From Dyella sp. (GTDB lineage Bacteria; Pseudomonadota; Gammaproteobacteria; Xanthomonadales; Rhodanobacteraceae), in assembly GCF_035508675.1 (NCBI RefSeq), contig NZ_DATJMN010000008.1, forward strand, positions 1 through 62,080: 62,080 bases of DNA. The letters are read 5' to 3'. Positions 1-8,921 of this stretch are shown piece after piece. Under the pieces are notes generated by a model, which saw only the letters and a list, made by a program, of their open reading frames with translations, did no database searches and had not been told where the DNA came from. The first letter of the stretch is position 1. Every line of letters begins with the position of its first letter. The translations under genes and the position numbers were made by a program.

Positions 1-481
1 TGACGCCGAGCTGCAGCGCGAGATCTTTTCCAAGAATGATGTTCCAGCCATCCGGCGTAAGCGAATCGAACGAGCCAGCGATCATGTGCTTGTTGATGTC
101 CGACACGTTCGGCTCTTGCGCTGTGTCGATGCCGCGAATGATCGCGCCGCTGGAGCGCTGTCCTTGCAGGAAGGACTGAATCTCCACATAAGGCGCCGCG
201 CCGCGCACATGCGGATTGGCTTTCACCTGCTGCATGGCGTACTGCCAGTTCCGCACCGGTTCGCCCGGAAGGCCCGATACGGTGGCATCCGAAATGGCGC
301 CCAGGATGCGCGAACGCAGCTGAAAGTCGAAGCCGTTCATGACCGACATCACCGTGATCAGCGCCATTACGCTGATGGTGATGCAAACGATGGATACGGT
401 GGAGATGAAGGAGATGAACTGATTGCGCCGCTTGGCACGGACGTAGCGCAGGCCGATGAAAAGCTCGAGCGGTCGGAACAT
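1..481 (-). CDS. lolC: Lipoprotein-releasing ABC transporter permease LolC/LolE (5' part; runs off window)
   Basis: Manual translation from ATG at 481: MFRPLELFIGLRYVRAKRRNQFISFIS...VMSVMNGF, the typical LolC/E N-terminus. Not in the ORF track. Confidence 0.9.
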   Translation of the reverse strand, partial: MFRPLELFIGLRYVRAKRRNQFISFISTVSIVCITISVMALITVMSVMNGFDFQLRSRILGAISDATVSGLPGEPVRNWQYAMQQVKANPHVRGAAPYVEIQSFLQGQRSSGAIIRGIDTAQEPNVSDINKHMIAGSFDSLTPDGWNIILGKDLALQLGV

Positions 482-578
482 GGAGGCTTCGCTTGTGGGG
501 AATGGGCGGGAGGCCGTAGGAATCCGTGAGACCGCGCCGCGCGCGCAGAGTGCCCGAAGCGCGACAAGGCGGCAACTG

Positions 579-1010
579 TCAGGCCGGTTCCTCGGCGGCT
601 TCGCGCATGACGGCCAAGCGCATGCGCAGGCGTCGCCGGGTATCCGCATCGAGGTTGTCGGGCATCAGCCAGAGCGTGAGCTTGCCGTAGCGGCCGCTGG
701 CCAACCGAAGCAGCACCAGCTGGCGGATGATTCGAAAAGACAGCAGGTTGGCCACCTCGTCCCCACCGTCCAGCCCTCGCAACGTCCAGCCACTTTGGCT
801 GGCCCACCCCACCGCGTAGATCGGCAATGACAAACGGCCCACGGCATACCTGCAAGCCGCTGCCGAGGCCGTGCACAGCACCATGCAGGCAAACAAGGGC
901 AAACCGGATAGGACTATGGCCAGCATCGCCAGGCCGGTGATGCCCGCGAACAGGCGCGGCACCCAGCGCGAAGGCCGGTATTCAAAGCCGATGGCGGGCG
1001 CGGATGTCAT
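579..1010 (-). CDS. YgfX/CptA-like small membrane protein
   Basis: MTSAPAIGFEYRPSR, two hydrophobic segments, C-terminal PD..D...RRLRMRL. Overlaps the end of sdhE as in the conserved sdhE-ygfX pair. Start moved to ATG 1010. Confidence 0.7.
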   Translation of the reverse strand: MTSAPAIGFEYRPSRWVPRLFAGITGLAMLAIVLSGLPLFACMVLCTASAAACRYAVGRLSLPIYAVGWASQSGWTLRGLDGGDEVANLLSFRIIRQLVLLRLASGRYGKLTLWLMPDNLDADTRRRLRMRLAVMREAAEEPA

Positions 1011-1230
1011 CGATGATCGCCTGCCAGTCAGCACGTAGCGGCCTGGCATAGCCCATCACCCAGTCCCACAGGTCCGGGTCCTGCACGTCGAGCAATTCGT
1101 CGAAGGCTTGTTGCAGGGCGGCGTCAGCCGCAGGGAACGAGGTTTCCAGCCAGCCGCCGAAAAGCGCATCCAGTTCACGGGTGCCGCGGCGGGTGCGCCA
1201 GCGCAGGCGTTTGAGGCGGCCCTCATCCAT
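982..1230 (-). CDS. sdhE: Succinate dehydrogenase flavinylation/assembly factor SdhE
   Basis: RLRWRTRRGTRELD (RGxxE motif), LLDVQDPDLWDW; downstream of sdhB. Confidence 0.93.
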   Translation of the reverse strand: MDEGRLKRLRWRTRRGTRELDALFGGWLETSFPAADAALQQAFDELLDVQDPDLWDWVMGYARPLRADWQAIIDDIRARHRL

Positions 1231-1276
1231 CTATTGAACCTTTCACTTTGCCCACCGCAGCACCCTGCCGGTCGAG

Positions 1277-1308
1277 GCCGTCATTCCCGCGAAAGCGGGA
1301 ATGACGGC
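1277..1308. repeat. REP-like palindrome (GTCATTCCCGC-GAAA-GCGGGAATGAC)
   Basis: Perfect 14-bp inverted repeat with GAAA loop; degenerate relatives near 11684, 24329 and 57177. Confidence 0.75.
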
Positions 1309-1336
1309 GATGTGACTGACCATCACGCGAGACCGA

Positions 1337-2119
1337 TCAGGCCGAGCGCCGCTCCACCAGCAGCTTCTTGATCTCCGCAATCGCCTTCGCCGGGTTCAAC
1401 CCCTTCGGGCAAGTGCGTGCGCAGTTCATGATGGTGTGGCAGCGGTAGAGCTTGAACGGATCTTCCAGGTCGTCCAGGCGCGTGCCGGTGTCTTCGTCGC
1501 GCGAGTCGACGATCCAGCGATAGGCCTGCAGCAGGACGGCAGGACCAAGATAGCGATCGCCGTTCCACCAGTAGCTCGGACAACTGGTCGAACAACAGGC
1601 ACACAAGATGCATTCGTACAGACCATCGAGCTTCTTGCGGTCTTCCGGCGATTGCAGGCGCTCGCGATCCGGTGCCGCGCTCTGTGTGCGCAACCACGGA
1701 CGGATCGAAGCGAACTGCGCGTAGAAGTGCGTGAGGTCTGGCACCAGATCCTTCACCACTGGCATATGCGGCAGTGGATAGATCTTCACATCGCCCGAGG
1801 CACATTCTTCGATGGACCGGGTACAAGCCAGCGTATTGGTGCCGTCGATGTTCATCGCGCACGAACCGCAGATGCCTTCGCGGCACGAACGGCGCAGCGT
1901 GAGGGTGGGATCGATCTCGTTCTTGATCTTCAGCAGTGCGTCCAGAACCATCGGGCCGCAAGCGGCCAGATCGACTTCATAGGTATCGATGCGCGGGTTC
2001 TGGCCATCGTCCGGTGACCAGCGATAAATGCGGAACGTACGCGGTTTCTTCGCGTCTTTCGCCGGATAGTGCTTGCCCGGCTGGATCTTGGAATTCTTCG
2101 GTAGCGTGAACTCGGCCAC
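1337..2119 (-). CDS. sdhB: Succinate dehydrogenase iron-sulfur subunit
   Basis: [22 protein letters not shown] and [12 protein letters not shown] Fe-S motifs. Confidence 0.98.
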   Translation of the reverse strand: MAEFTLPKNSKIQPGKHYPAKDAKKPRTFRIYRWSPDDGQNPRIDTYEVDLAACGPMVLDALLKIKNEIDPTLTLRRSCREGICGSCAMNIDGTNTLACTRSIEECASGDVKIYPLPHMPVVKDLVPDLTHFYAQFASIRPWLRTQSAAPDRERLQSPEDRKKLDGLYECILCACCSTSCPSYWWNGDRYLGPAVLLQAYRWIVDSRDEDTGTRLDDLEDPFKLYRCHTIMNCARTCPKGLNPAKAIAEIKKLLVERRSA

Positions 2120-2134
2120 GATTGCCTCTCCAGA

Positions 2135-3922
2135 TTAATAGACGCGCTTTTTGGGCGGCACGACTTCGACATCGCCGGTGAGCGTGTACATATGCACCGG
2201 ACGGAAATCAAAGCTGGTCTTGCCTGCTTCGTCGACCTTCACCAGGCTGTGCTTCATCCAGGTGTGGTCGTCGCGCTCGGGGAAATCTTCGCGGGCATGC
2301 GCACCGCGGCTTTCCTGGCGCTGCTCGGCCGAGTGCATGGTGGCCACGGCCTGGCCGAGCAGGTTGGACAGCTCCAGCGTTTCGATCAGGTCGGAGTTCC
2401 ACACCATCGAGCGATCGCTGACGCGTACGTCCTTGAAGGAGTCATACACCTCGGAGATCTTCTTCGAGCCGGCCTGCAGCGTTTCGCCGGTACGGAACAC
2501 GGCGGCGTCTTGCTGCATGGTGCGCTGCATGTCCAGGCGGATCTTCGCCGTAGGCGTACCGCCGCTGGCATTGCGCAGGCCGTCGAAACGCGCCAGCGCC
2601 TTGTCCAGCGCGCTGGCCGGCAGGTCCTTGTGCGCGGCGCCCGGCTTGATGATTTCGGCGCAGCGATGCGCCACCGCGCGGCCGAACACCACCAGGTCGA
2701 GCAGCGAGTTGGAACCGAGGCGATTGGCGCCATGCACCGACACGCAGGCCGCCTCGCCGATGGCGAACAGGCCCGGCACCACGGCATCGACGTCGTCGCC
2801 CTTCTTCTGCACGACTTCGCCGTGATAATTGGTCGGGATGCCGCCCATGTTGTAGTGCACGGTCGGCAGCACCGGGATCGGTTCCTTGGTGACGTCGACA
2901 CCGGCAAAGATGCGGGCGGATTCGGCGATGCCCGGCAGGCGCTCGTGAATCACTTCCGGCCCCAGGTGCATCAGGTTCAGATGCACATGATCCTTGTGTT
3001 CGCCCACGCCGCGGCCTTCGCGGATTTCCACCGTCATGGCGCGGCTGACCACGTCGCGCGAGGCAAGGTCCTTCGCACTCGGTGCGTAGCGCTCCATGAA
3101 GCGCTCGCCCTTCGAGTTGGTGAGATAGCCACCCTCGCCGCGCACACCTTCGGTGATCAGGCAGCCGGCGCCGTAGATGCCAGTGGGATGGAACTGCACG
3201 AATTCCATATCCTGCAGCGCGAGGCCGGCGCGCAGCACCATGCCGCCGCCGTCGCCGGTGCAGGTGTGCGCCGACGTGGCGCTGAAGTAGGCACGGCCGT
3301 AGCCACCGGTAGCCAGCACCACGGCCTGGCCACGGAAGACATGCAGCGTGCCCTCGTTCATGTCGAGCGCCAGTACGCCGCGGCATACACCTTCTTCGTC
3401 GAAGATCAGGTCGATGGCGAAGTATTCAATGAAGAAGGTGGCGTCATGCGCCAGCGCCTGTTGGTACAGCGTGTGCAGGATCGCGTGGCCGGTACGGTCC
3501 GCTGCGGCGCAGGTGCGCTGGGCGGTGCCCTTGCCGTAGTGCGTGGTCATGCCCCCGAACGGGCGCTGGTAGATGCGGCCGTCGTCGGTACGCGAGAACG
3601 GCACGCCGTAATGTTCCAGTTCCAGGATCGAGGGAATGGCCTCACGGCACATGTATTCGATCGCATCCTGGTCGCCCAGCCAATCCGACCCCTTGATGGT
3701 GTCGTAGAAGTGGAAGCGCCAGTCGTCCTCGCCCATGTTGCCGAGCGCAGCGGCGATACCGCCCTGTGCAGCGACGGTATGCGAACGAGTTGGAAACACC
3801 TTGGTAATGCACGCGGCCTTCAGGCCCTTCTCGGCCAGGCCGAACGTGGCGCGCAGGCCGGCACCACCGGCGCCTACCACGATCACGTCATATTTGTGCT
3901 GCTGAATTTTGTAGGCTTCCAT
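2135..3922 (-). CDS. sdhA: Succinate dehydrogenase flavoprotein subunit
   Basis: [16 protein letters not shown] (covalent FAD His), [11 protein letters not shown]. Confidence 0.98.
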   Translation of the reverse strand: MEAYKIQQHKYDVIVVGAGGAGLRATFGLAEKGLKAACITKVFPTRSHTVAAQGGIAAALGNMGEDDWRFHFYDTIKGSDWLGDQDAIEYMCREAIPSILELEHYGVPFSRTDDGRIYQRPFGGMTTHYGKGTAQRTCAAADRTGHAILHTLYQQALAHDATFFIEYFAIDLIFDEEGVCRGVLALDMNEGTLHVFRGQAVVLATGGYGRAYFSATSAHTCTGDGGGMVLRAGLALQDMEFVQFHPTGIYGAGCLITEGVRGEGGYLTNSKGERFMERYAPSAKDLASRDVVSRAMTVEIREGRGVGEHKDHVHLNLMHLGPEVIHERLPGIAESARIFAGVDVTKEPIPVLPTVHYNMGGIPTNYHGEVVQKKGDDVDAVVPGLFAIGEAACVSVHGANRLGSNSLLDLVVFGRAVAHRCAEIIKPGAAHKDLPASALDKALARFDGLRNASGGTPTAKIRLDMQRTMQQDAAVFRTGETLQAGSKKISEVYDSFKDVRVSDRSMVWNSDLIETLELSNLLGQAVATMHSAEQRQESRGAHAREDFPERDDHTWMKHSLVKVDEAGKTSFDFRPVHMYTLTGDVEVVPPKKRVY

Positions 3923-3927
3923 CGAGC

Positions 3928-4323
3928 TCAGGCTCCCAGTGCGACGCGCAGCACGGCCAGCGTGCCAGCCAGCACGCTCAACACGGCGATAAACTTGATG
4001 GCCACCAGCAGGAAGATCTCCTTCCAGCGGGTATGCACATAGTCTTCAACCACCACCTGCAAGCCGAGCACGGCGTGCCAGAACATAGTGAAAAGAAAGG
4101 CGATCAGCAGCACCGCATTCCACGGCTTGGCCACCGTGGCGCGCATCGTGGCGTAGTCGCTATGCAAATGACCCAGCACCAGCACCACGAACCACAGCCC
4201 TAGCACCACCAGGCCGGTGGCGGTCGTGCGCTGGGTCCACCAGTGCCCGACGCCAGACTGAGCCGAACCCAGGCCCCGCGCCCGCTTCAGCGGATGGCGT
4301 AAATCTTTCGCGTTCGCACTCAT
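3928..4323 (-). CDS. sdhD: Succinate dehydrogenase membrane anchor
   Basis: [19 protein letters not shown]...GLQVVVEDY; ATG 4323 overlaps sdhC stop. Confidence 0.95.
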   Translation of the reverse strand: MSANAKDLRHPLKRARGLGSAQSGVGHWWTQRTTATGLVVLGLWFVVLVLGHLHSDYATMRATVAKPWNAVLLIAFLFTMFWHAVLGLQVVVEDYVHTRWKEIFLLVAIKFIAVLSVLAGTLAVLRVALGA

Positions 4324-4715
4324 GCGGCACCTCCGGCAGACAGCGCGTAGCCGACAACAATAAGCGTAAGCAGCAAGCTGACGATCACCGCGCCCCAGCT
4401 GGAGCGCACGAACTGCACGATGGCGTAGCCGGCGCCCGCGTCCTGCACCAGGTGACGGATGCCGTTGCACAGGTGATAGAAGAACGACCAGGTCCAGCCG
4501 ATCAGCAGGACCATGCCGATGGGGCTGCCCATGCAGACCTTGAACTGGTTGAAGGCGTCTTCGCCGGCAGCCAGGGCAATCAGCCACCACACGAGGATCA
4601 AAGCGCCCACGGACAGGGCAATGCCGGTGGCGCGATGCAGGATGGAGGTAACCATCTGCACTTGCCACTTATATATCTGTAGATGCGGTGAAACCGGTCG
4701 TTGCGTCTCTGCCAT
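4320..4715 (-). CDS. sdhC: Succinate dehydrogenase cytochrome b556 subunit
   Basis: RPVSPHLQIY, SILHRATG, HLCNGIRHL. Confidence 0.97.
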   Translation of the reverse strand: MAETQRPVSPHLQIYKWQVQMVTSILHRATGIALSVGALILVWWLIALAAGEDAFNQFKVCMGSPIGMVLLIGWTWSFFYHLCNGIRHLVQDAGAGYAIVQFVRSSWGAVIVSLLLTLIVVGYALSAGGAA

Positions 4716-4817
4716 GGCGGCTATCCTGGGGTGGAATCGCTGATGCCCGTACTACCACCGCCCCCTTGCCTGTGCTTCGCACCGGCATCAATGTCGTGCG
4801 CGGATGGCGCAACGGCA

Positions 4818-4985
4818 TCAGAAGTCGATGCAGCGCCCATTCTTTTCCCAATCGCCGTAGCGCGTGGGATCCGGCGCAGGCCGCTCGTTTTGGTCCTTGC
4901 CCGGCATGGGCGGAACGGGCGTTGCTGCCCGCTCTTGCTTGGCGGGTTCGTTCGGCGTTGCGGGTTTGGAGGACGTGTCGGGCAT
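4818..4985 (-). CDS. DUF1674 (SDHAF4-like) small protein
   Basis: C-terminal DPTRYGDWEKNGRCIDF signature; upstream of sdhC. Start set at ATG 4985. Confidence 0.88.
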   Translation of the reverse strand: MPDTSSKPATPNEPAKQERAATPVPPMPGKDQNERPAPDPTRYGDWEKNGRCIDF

Positions 4986-5132
4986 GTTCGTATCGTCAAA
5001 AGCGTAATACTTGCCGCATAGCGGCACAACCAGTTGACGCCGGGCGCCGGGCGTTGCAGGCAAGCAAGATAGGCAAGACAGGTGCTTGCGAACCACTTGC
5101 ATCAAGTCCCTGCCACCCCCACTCCAACGCGC

Positions 5133-5936
5133 ATGCCGACATATCATTCCGCCCACGCCATTGTCATCGAAGGCCCGGACGCCATCGCGTTCGCACACAG
5201 CCAGTTCACCAGCCAGGTCACCGCGCTGGCAAACCGGCGCTGGCAATTCAGCAGCTGGCTCGATGCACAAGGGCGCGTGCGCAATCTGTTTCATCTTGCA
5301 CGCATCGGCGAAGACCGTTTGCTGGTGATTTTACGCGGGGGCAATGCAATCGATTTTGTCGAAGCATTGCGCCGCTTCGTGTTTCGTTCGCGCATCAAGC
5401 TTTCTATCCTGGAAGGATTGCTTTCAGGCACCACGGCCACACCCTTGCACGAAGTCGACATGCGCGACGATGTCATTTGTCTTGGATGCGGAACGCATAC
5501 CATGCTGTTCGGCACCAACCTGCAAGTTGACGACGCATGGCAATTGCAACAATTGCGCGAAGGCTGGGCATGGCTTCCAAACAGCGCATTGAACGAATGG
5601 CTTCCGCCTTCTTTATCGCTGCATCGTCTTGGTGCCGTCGCACTCGACAAAGGTTGTTACCCCGGACAGGAAATCGTTGCGCGCTTGCACTATCGCGGCG
5701 GAAACAAACGGCATCTGCATCATGTTGCGCTGTCGAAGCACGCAGAAGACGGTTTATCGATTGAACGCGAGCATCGCGAGTTCATGCGTTTACTTGACGT
5801 CATCGCACACGAAGACCAAGTGGAAGCTTTGGCTGTCATGACTGACGAAACGGCTGAACAATTCGGACAACATGATGGACATATCGTGAGTGATGAAGGC
5901 GTTGCCGTGCGACTGCTAAATACTTGGCCAGCTTGA
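5133..5936 (+). CDS. ygfZ: Folate-binding Fe-S repair/tRNA-modification protein YgfZ
   Basis: KGCYPGQEIVARLHYRG signature; GPDAIAFAHSQF N-terminus. Start uncertain. Confidence 0.92.
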   Translation: MPTYHSAHAIVIEGPDAIAFAHSQFTSQVTALANRRWQFSSWLDAQGRVRNLFHLARIGEDRLLVILRGGNAIDFVEALRRFVFRSRIKLSILEGLLSGTTATPLHEVDMRDDVICLGCGTHTMLFGTNLQVDDAWQLQQLREGWAWLPNSALNEWLPPSLSLHRLGAVALDKGCYPGQEIVARLHYRGGNKRHLHHVALSKHAEDGLSIEREHREFMRLLDVIAHEDQVEALAVMTDETAEQFGQHDGHIVSDEGVAVRLLNTWPA

Positions 5937-5999
5937 CGTTTACATCATGCTTGCTATGCCAGCATGGTGAGCGTAGTGTGAATCTCGCTGCGCTGGCAC

Positions 6000-6028
6000 T
6001 TGCAAAGACGACCGCGGCCCACTAGATT
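6000..6028 (+). promoter_or_regulatory. Putative sigma70 promoter
   Basis: TTGCAA-17 nt-TAGATT. Confidence 0.55.
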
Positions 6029-6034
6029 CCGCCA

Positions 6035-6365
6035 AACTTTTTCCGGCACCCACCAGCCCACAGGGTACCGACATACGCGACGAACCGGAGGGGTCCGGAT
6101 CGGCGCGACCCGGCAAGAAGAATGCCGGAGTACAACTCGCCGTATGCGCGAACACGCTGCATCAGGTGCCTTATGCACGCAGCGTAAATAGCCGAAAGCT
6201 TTCCCGGTCGACATCGGACATGTCGATCGATTCCACCGCGTTACAGCGGTTAACAAGCGTTTGCGCCTCGAGTTTCGACGCAAGCGATAGATCCAGATGG
6301 AACGGCCTGCCCGCCCGTCCATCGCAACGGCGTTTTGGCACGCATGTGTGCCAGCACGTACAGCA
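6035..6365 (+). ncRNA. Candidate long structured 5' leader or sRNA upstream of the cell-wall hydrolase
   Basis: About seven inverted repeats in series between the putative promoter and the GGAGG RBS; no convincing ORF. Confidence 0.4.
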
Positions 6366-6379
6366 AGCTGGAGGCAGAT

Positions 6380-6814
6380 ATGAAACTTTCCATGTTGTTG
6401 TGGCTAATGTCCGTACTGCCCCAACCGCTCGCAGACCAGACTTGTCTGGCAACCACCGTCTACCTGGAAGCACGTAGCCAGTCGACGGTCGGTCAAATGG
6501 CCGTGGCGGAAGTCGCCATGCGCCGGCGCGAACGCGGTCAGTGGGGTGGTACGGTGTGCGAAGTGGTCAAGGCGCCGCATCAATTCGCGCTATCGACCAC
6601 GTCGCCCAACCAGGAAATCGATAATGTCGTAGCGTTCCAGAAAGCCTGGGACATCGCCGGCAAGTCGATCCAGAACTGGGGCCTTCCCGTCGACGAACGC
6701 CGCCTGTTCGTACCGCACGCGGACCACTTCGCCACGGTCTCGGTGGCGCCGAACTGGTCACGCAACCAGCGCGCCATTACGATCGGCGACCACAAGTTCT
6801 ACTCGATCAACTGA
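6380..6814 (+). CDS. Cell wall hydrolase, SleB/CwlJ (Hydrolase_2) family
   Basis: CLATTVYLEARSQ..GQMAVAEV, VCEVV..PHQF, IGDHKFY; GGAGG RBS before ATG 6380. Confidence 0.9.
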   Translation: MKLSMLLWLMSVLPQPLADQTCLATTVYLEARSQSTVGQMAVAEVAMRRRERGQWGGTVCEVVKAPHQFALSTTSPNQEIDNVVAFQKAWDIAGKSIQNWGLPVDERRLFVPHADHFATVSVAPNWSRNQRAITIGDHKFYSIN

Positions 6815-6831
6815 CACGTACGCAAAAGCAT

Positions 6832-6862
6832 AAAAAAGGCCCTCGAAAGAGGGCCTTTTTTT
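6832..6862. terminator. Bidirectional intrinsic terminator
   Basis: AAAAAAGGCCCTC-GAAA-GAGGGCCTTTTTTT between convergent genes. Confidence 0.9.
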
Positions 6863-6895
6863 CTTTTGGACGTCCAGACGTCCATTTGAAAAAAA

Positions 6896-7366
6896 TCAGC
6901 GCGGGTAAACCTGATTGTTGCTGATCACCACATAATCGCCGGGCCGAACACCCGGATTGGCAACCTGGGTCACCGTGGCGTACTGGCCGTTATCCATGCG
7001 CACCACGATCTGCCAAGCCGGCGTCGTACCGGCAGGCTGGCTATTCGCCTGGCCGACTTTGTTACCCACCACGCCGCCGACGACCGCACCGCCCACGATG
7101 GCCGCCGTATTGCCGCGCCCATGACCGATGGTACTGCCCAGCAGGCCGCCAGCCACCGCACCGATCACCGTACCCAGGCCACTGTTGTTGCTACCCTGCT
7201 GCTGGATGTAGATCTGCTGCACCTGCTGCACCACACCGCAGTTCTGGCAACCACGATAACCGTAGCTCGTCTGATAGGTGGTCGGCTGCGTCTGGCAGCC
7301 CGACAAAGCCGCCACGGCGATCAGCACTGCCGCCACCGCACCGAATTTGAATGATTTATTTCTCAT
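6896..7366 (-). CDS. Glycine-zipper 2TM outer-membrane lipoprotein (SlyB-like)
   Basis: Lipobox LSGC, GTVIGAVAGGLLGSTIGHG glycine zipper, VRMDNG; GGAGG RBS before ATG 7366. Confidence 0.88.
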   Translation of the reverse strand: MRNKSFKFGAVAAVLIAVAALSGCQTQPTTYQTSYGYRGCQNCGVVQQVQQIYIQQQGSNNSGLGTVIGAVAGGLLGSTIGHGRGNTAAIVGGAVVGGVVGNKVGQANSQPAGTTPAWQIVVRMDNGQYATVTQVANPGVRPGDYVVISNNQVYPR

Positions 7367-7500
7367 GACGACCTCCTGTGTATTTGATGTGCGCAAGCGC
7401 GCCGCCCGGCGAGACTTGATGTGGCGCATTGAAGCGCCCATACGCTGAATGACGGCTAGACCGTTTCGCGTCTATCAGAACAGCCCCAGGATAACGCATC

Positions 7501-8277
7501 ATGACAGCCATGCTTACGCTTGCCGACAGCCACGTGCACCTGGATGACGCCTCGTTCGACAGCGATCGCGACGCCACCATCGAGCGCGCCCGTAATGCTG
7601 GCGTAACACTGCAAGTGATCCCCGGTGTCGACGCCGCCAGTTGGCCGCGCATCCAGGGGTTGTGTACTGCAGGCAGCGGACTGTTCCCCGCCTATGGCCT
7701 GCACCCCCTGTTCATGCACCAGCATCGGCCGGAACATATCGCGATGCTGTCGCATTGGCTTACGGCGCAGCATCCTGTCGCGGTGGGCGAAATCGGCCTT
7801 GATTTTCATGCCAAAGAACTCAGCGCCGAGGATCAGCACCATTATTTTCTGCAACAGCTCCAGTTGGCGAAGGCGTTTGATCTCCCCGTCATCCTGCATG
7901 CGCGCGCAGCGATGGACGAAGTCACCTCCACCCTGCGACGCATCGGCGGCTTGCGTGGTGTCGTGCACAGCTTTGCCGGCAGCCAGCAGCAGGCCGAGCA
8001 ATTGTGGAAGCTTGGCTTTCATATCGGCATCGGCGCCCCGGTGACTTACCAACGCGCCCAGCGCTTGCGGCGCATCGTCGCCAACATGCCGATCGAATAC
8101 CTGTTGCTCGAGAGCGACGCACCCGACCAGCCGCTGTCGACCCACCGTGGCGAGCGCAACGAACCGGCACGCGTTGCGGAGGTTCTCCAATGCGTTGCCG
8201 CCTTGCGCGGCGAAGCGCCTGAAACGGTCGCTGCCGCCACGACAGCAAACGTAAAGCGGCTATTCGCCATCGCCTGA
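7501..8277 (+). CDS. tatD: TatD-family DNase
   Basis: DSHVH, GLHP, VGEIGLD, HSF and LESDAP motifs. Confidence 0.92.
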   Translation: MTAMLTLADSHVHLDDASFDSDRDATIERARNAGVTLQVIPGVDAASWPRIQGLCTAGSGLFPAYGLHPLFMHQHRPEHIAMLSHWLTAQHPVAVGEIGLDFHAKELSAEDQHHYFLQQLQLAKAFDLPVILHARAAMDEVTSTLRRIGGLRGVVHSFAGSQQQAEQLWKLGFHIGIGAPVTYQRAQRLRRIVANMPIEYLLLESDAPDQPLSTHRGERNEPARVAEVLQCVAALRGEAPETVAAATTANVKRLFAIA

Positions 8278-8366
8278 CCGCGATAGCCACCACCAGAGAT
8301 GGTGGCGCAGTGTGCAAAATGCGTACCCCTGGCACTTGCAATAACCCAGATTGCAACGCATCATTT

Positions 8367-8398
8367 TATTTCACCAGTGAAATATGCACCGATGAAAT
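8367..8398. promoter_or_regulatory. Probable MarR/EmrR operator (palindrome plus degenerate copy)
   Basis: TATTTCAC-CA-GTGAAATA at 8367-8384, followed by ATGCACCGATGAAAT overlapping the start codon. Confidence 0.6.
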
Positions 8399-8921
8399 GT
8401 TTCTGAGCGACAAAATCAAGTGCATGGACGAGGGCATCGCCGGCGTGCGCAAAGCCATGCCCGAGGTACCGGCCGACGTCGGGCTGTGCCGGATCATGCT
8501 GCTGATCGCCGAACGCCTGCAGGCGGAACTCGAACACAAGCTGCGCCCGCACAAGCTCAACGACAGCGAATTCCGCACGCTTATTGCGATATTTGCGCAC
8601 CCCGGCGGCGCTTCCACGCCCAGCGAGGTGTGCCAATTCACCTCGCTGGGCGTCACCAACATGACGCGTATTGCCAACGCGCTGGTCAAACGCGGACTCA
8701 TCACGCGCGGCCCCAGCGTCGAGGACCGCCGCCGCGTCGTCATGCAGATCACGCCAGCTGGCAAGCGCTTCGTGCAGAAGATGCTGCCGGCCATGCTGCC
8801 GCGCCTGAAACTGCTCTTCGACGGCTTCACCCAGAGCGAGCGCAGCACCTTGAACCGACTGCTGCGCAAGCTGGCGCACAACCTCAGCAACCTCGAACAC
8901 GTAGCGGGTGATTCGCCATGA
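8397..8921 (+). CDS. emrR: MarR-family repressor (EmrR/MprA-like)
   Basis: Winged HTH, DRRRVVMQITPAG; first gene of the efflux operon. Start uncertain. Confidence 0.85.
   Translation: MFLSDKIKCMDEGIAGVRKAMPEVPADVGLCRIMLLIAERLQAELEHKLRPHKLNDSEFRTLIAIFAHPGGASTPSEVCQFTSLGVTNMTRIANALVKRGLITRGPSVEDRRRVVMQITPAGKRFVQKMLPAMLPRLKLLFDGFTQSERSTLNRLLRKLAHNLSNLEHVAGDSP

Noticed and set aside
2192-4042. 616-aa plus-strand ORF
   Set aside because: Antisense shadow of sdhA, typical of high-GC codon bias; no motifs.
5133-5936. Lower GC of ygfZ as a sign of horizontal transfer
   Set aside because: The gene is in its usual position divergent from DUF1674-sdhCDAB and has no mobility signs.
5940-6477. Short ORFs in the ygfZ-hydrolase intergenic region
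   Set aside because: No RBS, atypical composition and mutually overlapping; treated as non-coding.
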